DNA of 64,000 nucleotides, taken from Gemmatimonadales bacterium (GTDB lineage Bacteria; Krumholzibacteriota; Krumholzibacteriia; LZORAL124-64-63). A model generated the notes under the pieces. That model saw only the letters and a list, made by a program, of their open reading frames with translations, ran no database searches and had not been told where the DNA came from. Below, in pieces: positions 19,761 to 30,300 of the stretch. A program made the translations under genes and the position numbers. Position 1 is the first letter of the stretch, and the number at the start of each line of letters is the position of its first letter. The stretch covers positions 4,546-68,545 of the forward strand of contig JAHOYV010000005.1 of assembly GCA_019038745.1 (NCBI GenBank). Reading direction: 5' to 3'.

Positions 19761-20411
19761 TTAGCGGTAGAGCGATTTGAGGCTACCCCAAGAACAGTTT
19801 TCTACTGCTACTACATGGTCAAGAGGTGGCTGATCAGTAACAGCATAGCCGTCGAACTCAACAATGTACGCACGAGTGTGCTGAGGGTCTGTCTCTGGTC
19901 GGTCCCAGTACTCAAACCGCAAATTGTTCCAGCCCATACGGCCTTCATCGTACTGATGGAACATAGAAAGTGCGAACTCCGCCATGAGGATTCCGTCGGC
20001 GGTGGATGGTTCTTCGGGCGCCCAATCTTCAAACGCCCAATTTTCTCCAGTAATCCAGCGCCAAGAACCTATTGGATAATTATTGTAAAAAGGTTCCTCC
20101 CCAACGAAACCGTCATTCCAGCCTCCTAAGTATATAACCGCATTAGTGATACCAGATTGTCCAAGAAGGGTATTCACAATCCATGAATTCTCCGTAGCAC
20201 TGGTGATAGTCGCCAAGTGTCCACCTTGACCTTCATGGCTGAGTCCCTGGGTGGACAAGAAGGCGTGCTTCCAACTCAAGGTGTCTGAGCTACAAATTAT
20301 TGTTTCATAGTAGTGCCCATTTCCTCCTTCGCTGACGGGCCATTCAATTGGTTCAGCAAATGCAGGACAAGAAGCGAACACCACGAAAAATATTAGAAGC
20401 ATGGATCTCAT
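19761..20411 (-). CDS. Secreted C-type-lectin-like domain protein with C-terminal SWGSLKSLYR tail
   Basis: GGAGG RBS before ATG 20411; signal peptide ..PAFA|; GGNGHYY, GGHLATITSATEN, WRWITGE..W...W...EP, WNN, AYIVEF. Confidence 0.8.
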   Translation of the reverse strand: MRSMLLIFFVVFASCPAFAEPIEWPVSEGGNGHYYETIICSSDTLSWKHAFLSTQGLSHEGQGGHLATITSATENSWIVNTLLGQSGITNAVIYLGGWNDGFVGEEPFYNNYPIGSWRWITGENWAFEDWAPEEPSTADGILMAEFALSMFHQYDEGRMGWNNLRFEYWDRPETDPQHTRAYIVEFDGYAVTDQPPLDHVVAVENCSWGSLKSLYR

Positions 20412-20520
20412 GCCAGCCTCCACGTTAAGTATTGGGCGAGTAATATCAACCTATCGTACCACGCGTGGAGACCGAATTTCAATGTACACTTGGGGATGGT
20501 CGGGGGAGATGTCCACATGA

Positions 20521-20554
20521 AAGAATAACGGCGGCCCAATCGGACCGCCGCTTG
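20521..20554 (-). repeat. Second copy of the terminator-like hairpin
   Basis: CGGCGGCC and GGACCGCCGCTTG shared with 19720-19744. Confidence 0.7.
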
Positions 20555-20733
20555 GCTGGGCGAGGTGTGGAACCGGAACGGGGCAAAAAGCCGCCCTTTT
20601 GTTTACTCTGCTGTTTACCCAGAAGGTCAGCGAAAATGACAGTAGGTTTTGAGAAACGGCCTAAACGCCTTTGATTAAAAGCGCAACAAATCCACCGCAC
20701 CTGTCCGTTTGTTTCAAAAAAACTGACGGCGAA

Positions 20734-21423
20734 TCAGGGATCCGAAACTATGATCTGTAAGGAGGAGTGCCGCACAACAGCCAACTTCGGCATGAAGATG
20801 TCAACCGTGACCTCGTATTCGCCGGCAACATCAAAGGCGAAAATCGGATCTCGGGAATAGAATTCCTGTTCGTCTGCGTCATTCATATGCCAAACAAAGT
20901 TCAGATTACGGTAGTGCTCATCATTGTCCCGGTCTATTTCACAGGATTCTGCAAAGACGTTGAAGAAAATATCTTCTCCTGTAGGCACCAATCCATCTTC
21001 GCCTTCGTTGATCATTTCCCCATGAAAATTGGAAGTGGCCCAGACCGAGAGTGTATCGGCCCTGACAGTGACCGGCATGGAGATTTCCGTGGTCTTCCCG
21101 TCAGGATCCGTTGCAGTGACGGTGACATTGAAAATACCCGGTTCATCAAACACATGATACGCGATGGAAGTGGACCCGGTGGACCCGTCGTCGAAATCCC
21201 AGGTCATTTCCAGGTTGTTGGTGCTTCCGGTTGGGTCCCCGGTTTCGTTGCCTCCGGAAACGGTTGCATAACCCTCGATCTCCAAGGGGACCACTCCACA
21301 CTGGGGAGCGATGATCAACCGGGTGAACAAGGGCTCGGTTTCGTCATTGCAGCCGGCTGAAATTAAAACAAACAACAGGCAAATCGGCAGGCCGATTTTG
21401 ACAGCATATTTCATTAGAAGCAT
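20734..21423 (-). CDS. PKD-domain lipoprotein
   Basis: Lipobox ISAG|C; WDFDDGS..HVFDEPGIFNVTVTATD PKD motif, second degenerate PKD. Confidence 0.8.
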   Translation of the reverse strand: MLLMKYAVKIGLPICLLFVLISAGCNDETEPLFTRLIIAPQCGVVPLEIEGYATVSGGNETGDPTGSTNNLEMTWDFDDGSTGSTSIAYHVFDEPGIFNVTVTATDPDGKTTEISMPVTVRADTLSVWATSNFHGEMINEGEDGLVPTGEDIFFNVFAESCEIDRDNDEHYRNLNFVWHMNDADEQEFYSRDPIFAFDVAGEYEVTVDIFMPKLAVVRHSSLQIIVSDP

Positions 21424-21577
21424 ATCTCCCTTTGGGGACATAAGTACAATCGAAACGGACCCCAGGTCCGAATTTTTCCTGCCTAGCCGAATCAATATAT
21501 GAAGCTAGGACAGGGGGGGCAAGCTGTCTAGGTAAAATGTACAATCAACACAACCCCTACTCCCGGTGGAAAAAGGG

Positions 21578-22651
21578 TCAGCGTCGGGCGTGGAAAAACA
21601 TTGCCAAAAATATCATAGTGTAGAGGAGGTTCCCGGACCAGGCTGCTAGAATGGGGTGCAAGGTCCCGTTGTGCCCCAGAGAGCGGCCCACTTCCATGAA
21701 AATGAAGTACCCGAAACTGATTAATAATGTCAAGCCGAACCCTGAAGCTATTGTTGTTTTGCGGGGGGCCGAAGCCAGAATTATTCCAAGCATGACCACG
21801 ATGATATTTACAAAGGGAAAGGCCATTTTGAACTGGAAGTCCACCAGGGATCTGGTGGGGTCGCCACCACTTAGTTGGAGCAGACGAATATGGTTTTTTA
21901 ACTGCCTAAAGTTCATGTCTTCAGGACGGACCCTGTCCTTGAAGAAACTTTTGGGGTCAACGGTCAGATCTCTGGCCTTCAGACGGTCGAAATAGGTAAT
22001 TACTTCCTGACCCTGAACAAAGGTGCGTCGGCTTCCCTCGAAAAGGGTCCATGCGTTTCCATCCCACTCTGCTCGTGCGGCGTCGATACGATCCACCACG
22101 GAAGCGTTTTCTGATGTGACGATCTTCAAATCGGTAAGGAGCCCCGAATTCGGATCGAATTTCCGAGCATAATACATGCGCCCGAGGTCGTCTGTCAGGG
22201 TTACCCGCTCGGTGGGGTTGATCCGATCCGGTTGCTTGTGGATCTCTACTTCCCAGACGCGGTGAGCTCCCGCATTGCTTACCGGTAAGACGTACTCCCG
22301 CCAGGCCAAGGAAAAAATCATCATCAGAAAAGCAACGGCGATCAAAGGGCTGCTGATGCGCAGAAGTGACCACCCGGAAGCGAAAAGAGCAGTCAATTCC
22401 AGGTAACGCGCCATGGTCCCGATTGTGAACAAGGTCGCCATGAGCAAGGAAACGGGCTGGGCTATGTCCACTATCCAGCCCATCTTATACAGGTAGAAGC
22501 GTCCAATCATTAATAAGCTTGCGTTGTTGTCCATGAAGTTGTCGGTGTGGTCCATCAGGTCGACAAAAGTGAACAACACCAGGGCGCTGGCCATGGTGTG
22601 GGCGAAGTTGCGCAGGAAGGTGATCAATAGATGGCGGTGGATAATTGACAT
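21578..22651 (-). CDS. lptG: LPS export permease LptG
   Basis: ELTALFASGWSLLRI, RPEDMN, AAWSGN; TGATG overlap with lptF stop. Confidence 0.88.
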   Translation of the reverse strand: MSIIHRHLLITFLRNFAHTMASALVLFTFVDLMDHTDNFMDNNASLLMIGRFYLYKMGWIVDIAQPVSLLMATLFTIGTMARYLELTALFASGWSLLRISSPLIAVAFLMMIFSLAWREYVLPVSNAGAHRVWEVEIHKQPDRINPTERVTLTDDLGRMYYARKFDPNSGLLTDLKIVTSENASVVDRIDAARAEWDGNAWTLFEGSRRTFVQGQEVITYFDRLKARDLTVDPKSFFKDRVRPEDMNFRQLKNHIRLLQLSGGDPTRSLVDFQFKMAFPFVNIIVVMLGIILASAPRKTTIASGFGLTLLISFGYFIFMEVGRSLGHNGTLHPILAAWSGNLLYTMIFLAMFFHARR

Positions 22652-24066
22652 CAGGTCGCTTTCACGGTATCTGCCTGGACAACGGTCTTGGTCCTGAATC
22701 TGCTGATTAAATCCCAGGATGGTCCTTCCCGGAGCGCGTGCAGGAAGAATGGGATGCCCAGCCCCAGTAAGAGCATATTGGCCATCCACATGGCCAGGAA
22801 AGGATCAAGGTAGCCCCGGTCAGCCATCATTTCGCCCCAAATAAGGAGTTGATAGTAGAGCAGGTAGACTACGATGGCCAAGGTGACGCTGGTTGCTTTG
22901 CCGCTACGGGAAGTTGTCACCGCCATGGGCACTCCAAGCAGAGCGAAGACAACGCAGGCGAAGGGGATTGCGAATTTCTTGTGGAACTCGACCAGGTAGC
23001 GATTGGCGCGAATGTTGTTCTGCCCCGCAATTTTATCCTGGTACCCTGCCTGATTCATAACACGTTCGGCCTTGAGTACCGTCGCCCGGAATTTTGCCTC
23101 CAGAAATGACTTCCGTTTGGGGCCTTTGGCGGGGGCGGCCCTGTTTCCCAGAATTTCGCTCCTGTGCTTCGGGTCCAGTAGGTTGAATTGCCAATCGGCA
23201 AAGGTGTTGGCCAGGCCCAATACCCGGTCCCGGACATCCGATTGCTTCTGTTTTTCCTTGTTGGCCGCAGCCCAGAGGTCCGTAAGATTCATTTCCCTGT
23301 CACTGCGGGATTTGCGTCCGGAGTTTTTAAAATCCCGTTCCATGTTGGGAATAATAATGTTGTTTCGGCCGAACTGGGTGAGTTGGTACTTGTCAGGATC
23401 CTCTCGGTCGGGCCGCTGATGGGTTTCCCCATCATGCAATTCTATGATCAGGGAATCATTGGCATGGTCGGTGTGGATAATGCCCCACGTAGCGATAGTG
23501 ATGCGTGGAGAGAGGTCCTCTGGATTTTTTCTTTCAAAGATGGTTACGTCTTCGATACGTCCGGTCAGGTCATTCTTTTTTTTGACGAAGATCGTCATCT
23601 TGTCGTTCATCTCTGTAAATTGGTGTTCCCTGATCTCCAGCATAGGTTTTTTCCGGTTGATATCGTAAATGAGATTGGCAAGGGTGTGATTGGATTCAGG
23701 GTAGACAAAGTGATTGTAAGCCGTTAAGCCCACTCCGACGAGGTTCGCCCAGACCAGCAGTGGCGCAAGGACTCTCCAGAGGCTGATGCCATTTGCTTTC
23801 AGTGCCGTAATCTCTTGATCCATTGCAAGTTGCGCAACGCCCATCAAGATTCCTATCAGAACGGCCATTGGTACGGATAATGCAACCAGGTGTCCCATGC
23901 TGATCACCAGGAACTTGGTAACTAACAGAAACGGAACGCCTTTGCTGACAAAGAGATCGACGTACTTGTGGAGGAAGTCTATCATTAAAAGGAACGTGAT
24001 TACGAACAGTCCGAAGGAGAACGGTCCGGTTACCGAAAGAAGTAAGTGCCTGTAAATCAGTAACAT
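22651..24066 (-). CDS. lptF: LPS export permease LptF (long form)
   Basis: EITALKANGIS, VEFHKKFAIPFAC, AMWMAN. Confidence 0.88.
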   Translation of the reverse strand: MLLIYRHLLLSVTGPFSFGLFVITFLLMIDFLHKYVDLFVSKGVPFLLVTKFLVISMGHLVALSVPMAVLIGILMGVAQLAMDQEITALKANGISLWRVLAPLLVWANLVGVGLTAYNHFVYPESNHTLANLIYDINRKKPMLEIREHQFTEMNDKMTIFVKKKNDLTGRIEDVTIFERKNPEDLSPRITIATWGIIHTDHANDSLIIELHDGETHQRPDREDPDKYQLTQFGRNNIIIPNMERDFKNSGRKSRSDREMNLTDLWAAANKEKQKQSDVRDRVLGLANTFADWQFNLLDPKHRSEILGNRAAPAKGPKRKSFLEAKFRATVLKAERVMNQAGYQDKIAGQNNIRANRYLVEFHKKFAIPFACVVFALLGVPMAVTTSRSGKATSVTLAIVVYLLYYQLLIWGEMMADRGYLDPFLAMWMANMLLLGLGIPFFLHALREGPSWDLISRFRTKTVVQADTVKAT

Positions 24067-24324
24067 AAAGAATTATCTCCGCGCCCGGTGACTGAATTAC
24101 AGCCGGGTCTTCCGGAATGCTGAAACCGCCGGATCCCATCAGGGCGGTCAGGTGGTGGTTCGGTCGCCAGGGAGTTTTCGTCATTTTTTAGACCCGCCTG
24201 AAAGGGAATCTCTCTTCCAGCAGGGCTCGGGACTGGCCAGTACAGGAGCCAATTTGACCATTTTCGGGGACAAGCCCAATAAACACCAGACAAAACTGGT
24301 GCGGGTAACGCGTGAAGACAAGGA

Positions 24325-27300
24325 ATGTTGGTGATGAGGCAGGGAATACCTGTAAATCGAGATCTCAAACGCGGGTCTACCCCGAATGCCGGACGTCTAT
24401 GGCTAGCCACGACGTTGCTCCATCTGTTTTCCTTACTGGCCATACTTCTTTTCCAATTTATGATTCCAGTTTCAGTCCTAGCCGATCCCGCCTATGAGGG
24501 CCTCCTGCTTTACGGCCTGGACCCGGTCCTCAAGTCCACCGAAGACCCCCGGCTGCTGGGGGTGGAGCGAATGCTCATGCGGGAGCGCCTGGCCCGGCTG
24601 GGCATAGATCCGGTTCGAGACCGGGGTCTGCGGCCGGGGATGTATTCGGTTTTCCTGAAGTCTTGGCGGTCAAAATCAAGAGTTGATCTCGTCCGACAGG
24701 AACAGGTCATCGAATATAACGGCGTGCTGGGATTGATGACCGTCATCGAATACCCCACATACTTCTTTCTGTTCCCAACCCGCCAGGTTCTGGCAGGGGG
24801 CTTCGTTTATTACCCACCTCGTCCCATCGACGACCCGGTGGTCAATCTGTTCATTGACGAGTTGGACGGGGGTCAGGTCCGCAGTCAGGCGGTGAAGCGT
24901 CGGCTGACCTGGGATAAATCCTTGAATCTTTTGGGCAGTGGGGCAGCGGGGAGTGGGGACAAGAGCATTAATCTAACCATCCCCATCAAACTGCCCCGGA
25001 CCTTGGAGAAAATCATCGGGCGAGGCGAAAAGACACGCATCAAGATCTCAGGCCGCGAGCACATCTCCATCGGTGGTGAGAGCACGGTGGTTGATCCATT
25101 TATTCCAAACGAACGGATCTCAAAACCTTCCTATTTCCCCAGCCTGGACATGAAACAGGAACTGAATGTGAATTTGTCGGGAACTATCGGGGAAAAAATC
25201 ATCCTCGAAGTGGATCACAACAGCGAGGCTTTTGGAGCCGATGGAACCCAGATCAAGCTGATGTACAGGGGTTTGGAAGATGAGGTAATCAATACTATTG
25301 AGGCAGGGGATGTGGGTTTGACGCTGCCCAACAGCAATCTGCTGGGCTACAACTCCAGCGAGTCGGGTTTGTTCGGAGTGAAGGTCACCGGACAGGTCGG
25401 TCGGGCAGATTTTACGGTTGTGGCCAGCAAGCAGAAAGCCGAAGCCTCCTCGAAGACCTTCAACAGCAGCGGCGGATCCATGGAGGACATTGAAATTCCT
25501 TCCTACAGGTATCTGAATAACCGCTTTTTCTTTCTGGATCTGCCGGGACTGGATTCCCCTGGCCGGGGGGGTGGTTCAGGTTACGAAAATTATTCCATAG
25601 ATCCTACCAGTATCCGGGTTTACAAGCAGATGGGCGCCGGCACATATGGAGTCAATGACATCAGAAACGTGGCGGTTTACCTGGATGATACCGGGCTATT
25701 TGACCCCTTGGATTTCGATGACCCGTATTTCTACAGCAAGCGCTGGCGGCTGGTGCCGGTCGAGACAATGCTGGATCAGTTGGGAAACCTGGTGGCCATC
25801 GACCTGCGCCAACAAATGGAGCGGGAGTCAATGTTGGCAGTCGTGTACCAACTCACCGATGGGGCAGGCGGCCTGGTCAAGGTAGGGGATATCCCTGGAT
25901 TGGACGAGGCCAATCGACATGAAATCGAAGGGGAATCCTATTATCGAATGAAGCTTCTGAAGGCCTCTGATGCGGACAAGGAGTCGTACACTTTTCGATA
26001 TGTTTTGCGCAACATCTATTCCTTGGGCGGAGCCAGGATCGACCCGGCGAGCTTCGAACTCAAAATAGAGCGGGTGGATGCCGGAGCCGCACATCCGGAT
26101 CAGGATGAAAACGGCATCCCCTATATTCAAATATTCGGTCTGGACAAGAACGACGGGGCAAAGGGTCCCCCGGATGGTTTGGCCGACAAAACCGATACCT
26201 ACATCTTCGATCTTCAGAAGGGGCTTCTCAAGTTCCCTCTTAACTTCCCCGAACCTTTCAACGCCTCCAGGACCCAGTACGAGGGATACGCCAACGACGA
26301 ACGGTTCGTCTGGGATAATTCCTTTCTGAAGAAGCATCCCGCACCGGGACTTTACGACCCGGAAGTGAATCAGACACATTATGATGAATATGGTTATTTC
26401 AAGCTCATTGCCTCGCACGCCTCGGTTGCCAGCAGTTTCAGTCTGGGAGCCTCGAACATTGAGGAGGGGTCGGAGGTCGTCACCCTGGATGGCCGTACGC
26501 TGGTCAGGGATACGGATTATGAGATCGACTACACCTTCGGCCAGATTACGCTGAAGGGCGACAACGCCATCCTTACCCCCAGCAGTCAAATCGCTGTCAA
26601 TTTTTCCTATGCGCCCTTTATGGGGGGCGGCAAGTCCAGCTTGATGGGATTCAACCTGGGTTACGACATTGGTCAAGGGAGCAAATTGTCTACAACCTGG
26701 CTCTACCAATCTGAGGCCATCGTGGGAGAAAAGGCCAAGTTGGGCGAAGAACCCAGTAGAACCCTGGTGGGCAATGTTAATTTCATGCATACCTTCAAAC
26801 CATATGTCCTTACCCATGTGGCAAACTTCATCAGCCGCCGTGACAGCGAGAAGGAAAGCACGGTCCAACTCTCGGGGGAATTGGCGGCCAGTCTGCCCAA
26901 TTCGAACACGATGGACAGGGCGTACCTTGAGGACTTCGAGGGCGTGGATGCTTCCGACATCATTTCCCTGACCCGCGGTTCCTGGTTCTGGGCCAGTGCC
27001 CCGGAGGCCTACGCAGACACCTTGGACTTGTCCACGAAGTTCGAGCCGGTGGACCGGGTTCCCACGGTGCGCTGGTTCCTTCCCCGGGAGCGAGTGCTGC
27101 GCCGGTACCTGAATCCGGATCTGGAGGGGCAGGAACGGGATGAAACCCAGTCTTCCATGGATATCTACCTGCAGGCCGATTCAGACGGCGAATGGGGCCA
27201 ACAGAACTGGGGCGGCATCATGCGGGGAATCAGTCGGATGGGGCTTGATCTTTCCCGAAGCCAGTTCCTGGAATTCTGGGTCAATGATTCGGTTGTGGAC

Positions 27301-30300
27301 AGTACCCAGCGGTCAGGTCGGTTGCATATCGATTTCGGGTACATCAGTGAGGATGGGTTTTGGCCCATTCTTCCGGATGGGGAGCTGGAGACCGGCACCT
27401 ACCAGCGTGAAGACGGCATGATTAAAATCGAGGATAGAGAGGGAGGGGCATTTATCCAGGAGGAGGACGGGGTCTTTATTCATGAGGAGGACATCGGGTT
27501 GGGCGGGGATGAATGGGACTCCCAGCGGTATAGTGCTGCTTTCGATTATGATGGGGAAGTTGATTACTCCGGTCCCAATTCACCTTTTCCCGGTATCAAC
27601 GGGACAGCCAGAAATCAACAGGAAGATACCGAAGACTTGAACGGAAATTTGGTTCTGGACACGGAGAACACTTATTTCAGCACCGTGATCGACCTGAGGC
27701 ACACCGAAGCGTTTGTCGATGTGCTGAGAGATTACCCAAGCAGCCAGGTTGCCGACCTGATTGATGAAGGTCACGCCTGGCGAAAATATCGAATTCCCTT
27801 GACCAGTGACGAGGTGAAAATAGTCTCCGGCGACGGACTGTCCGAACCCAACATTGAAGCTGTTACCCACGTTCGGATCTGGTTTGAAGACTCCGCCGGC
27901 AAACGGAATACTGTGAATTTGCAGCTATCGGAATTGCGTTTTTTGGGAAGTCGCTGGCAAAGGGAGGGGATTCGTCTTGCCAGTGACGAGAGCCTGCTTC
28001 TTCCAGGAGACATTGAACTGCTTCCCCATGAGGAGTTTTTCCTGGGTGAGGCCAACAACAAGGAAAATCCGGACTACCGCCTGGACCCGCCACCATTCGA
28101 AATCCCTGTCCTGAACGGGATCGAAGAAAAAGAACAATCCATCCTGCTGGATTTCCAGGAACTGAAGGTCGGTCACATGGTACGGGCGGGAAAGCAGGTT
28201 TCGCCCCGGGGTGACGATTATACTCGGTACCGTGATATGTCCTGGTATTGGTATAATCCCCTTGAGGCCAACAAGGATCTGGGGCTTTTCTTCCGGGTCG
28301 GTTCTGATTCCTTGAACTATTACGAGGTGAGTTACAAGTTCGCCGATGATAATGCGCACACCGGGTGGAAGAGTGTAAAAATAGATTTGGCCAAACTGGC
28401 CGATGTGAAAAATCGTTTCCCGGACCCGGCTACGGGGTACATCCACTCCACCATTCCGGATATTTTTACAGGACAGGACTACAATGTACGGGTAGTGGGT
28501 GTGCCGGATCTCAGGGTAGTGAAGCGATACTTCTTCGGAGTGGTCAACAACGGCCCATCGGAACTGGCTGCCAGCGGCTACATCTATTTCAACGACGTCA
28601 AATTGGAGGGCGTGAAAAGGGACATGGGAATGGCCAGGCAGGCTGCAATCCGCTTGGGCATGGCGGATGTGCTAACCGTTGATTTAAGATGGAATGACAG
28701 GGATGCTGAATTCCACGGTCTTGATGCGTTGCAGGGGAGTGGAATCAACCACGATTCCTGGAACTTCTCCACAAATTTCAAAGTGGAGGATTTTATCCCC
28801 ATACTGGGCTTCAAGCTCCCCGTCCAGATCAACAAGGGGGTAGATACCCGAAAACCCAAATACCAGATCAACAGCGACGTTGAGATATTCGAGGATTCGG
28901 TTCGTGATTCCCTGACCACTCGTGATATTCAGGAGAGTTTTTCAACCAGGCTTCACCATACTCCATCCAAGGCGGCCTTGTTGAGGTACATGGTAGATCC
29001 GTGGCAGTTGACGATTTCCGGGAGTCGTTCGCAGAAGACCAGCCCCTTGGAACGAAGTAAACAGAATAATCTGCAGGGCTCCCTGAAATACAACCTTCGG
29101 ATTCCCGGGAAACGAAAGCTGGGTGATTTCCCTCTGCTTGGAAGTATTCCGGTCGTGCGGGGCGTGGCTCTTTTCCCGGAAAAAGTGGAAGTGGCCGGGA
29201 GCTTCACAAGTACGAACAATTCCTCGGTGGCCATCGATATCGACGGTACGGAGATCCCCAGGGCTCCGAACAAGCGACGACCCGGTGCGCTGAAGGGGTC
29301 AATGGACTACAAACCCAATCCAATGCTGGCGGTGAGTTTTTCTGGAGATTCGGATCGGGATCTTATGCATGACAACCTGCTGTACGGGTTGAACATCGGC
29401 CGAGAGAACAGTCGCAAATATTCAACCAGGTCGACCATCACCATGCCCAAGCCTAAAGACATCTCACAGGCCCGAATCATGTATCCGGTCCGGCAGGCGG
29501 TGCGGGGTTTAAATTCCTTGCGGCCCAGTCTTCAGTTCACGGGAAGTTTTTCCGATGTTTCGCTTCCTCCGGACTTGCTGCTTGAGGGGGAAGATCCGGA
29601 AACTCACAGTATGAGCAACGATGGGAGCTGGGATCTACGTCTCACATTTCCCTTCGGAGACATGGTCAAATCGATCTTGCCGGAAAAGAAATACTCGGAT
29701 AAGGAACGCAGCAAATTGCTTGAAGAGCAGCGGCGCCATGAAGCCCGGGATACGCACCGTCGCGGGCCCGGGGCTCAAACGGACTTGGGTGCTTCCAGCC
29801 CGGGGTCTGGGGGGAAAGGTGGGGAAGAAGAAGAACTGACTCCGGAAGAGCAACTCCGGCGGGAGGAGGAGCGCCTGTTGCAGGAGGCCGAGGATCGGAA
29901 ATTTGAGGAGCAGGATCGCCGTGGAACTCCATTAGAGGAAGGCGTGGAAGAGGATGAGGGCGGGGGACCACGGATCAGTTTGCCCAATCCGTTGACCCTG
30001 TTTTTGAATACTTTACGCAGCACCAAGCCCATCAAGTTGACTTTGACGAGCCGGAAGTCCAGTTCCTATGGTCGAACGCCGGGTCAGGCCACTTTCTGGT
30101 ACCAAGCGGGTTTGGATCCGTCACTGGACATTCCCGAATCTGATGTGAATGTCTTTGTTTTCCAGGACCGCAAAAACCTGAGTATGTCCACTTCAACCAA
30201 GGTTGTCCGGAGCCTTTCCCTTGACTTGAAATATGCCACCGATAGGGCCACAAACGAAAAGCTGGGGACTTTTTCCAGGGACTACAAACAGGAATGGCCG

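Noticed and set aside
20479..20700. Remnant gene upstream of the second terminator copy
   Set aside because: No recognisable WGxxKxxYR-coding remnant or credible ORF.
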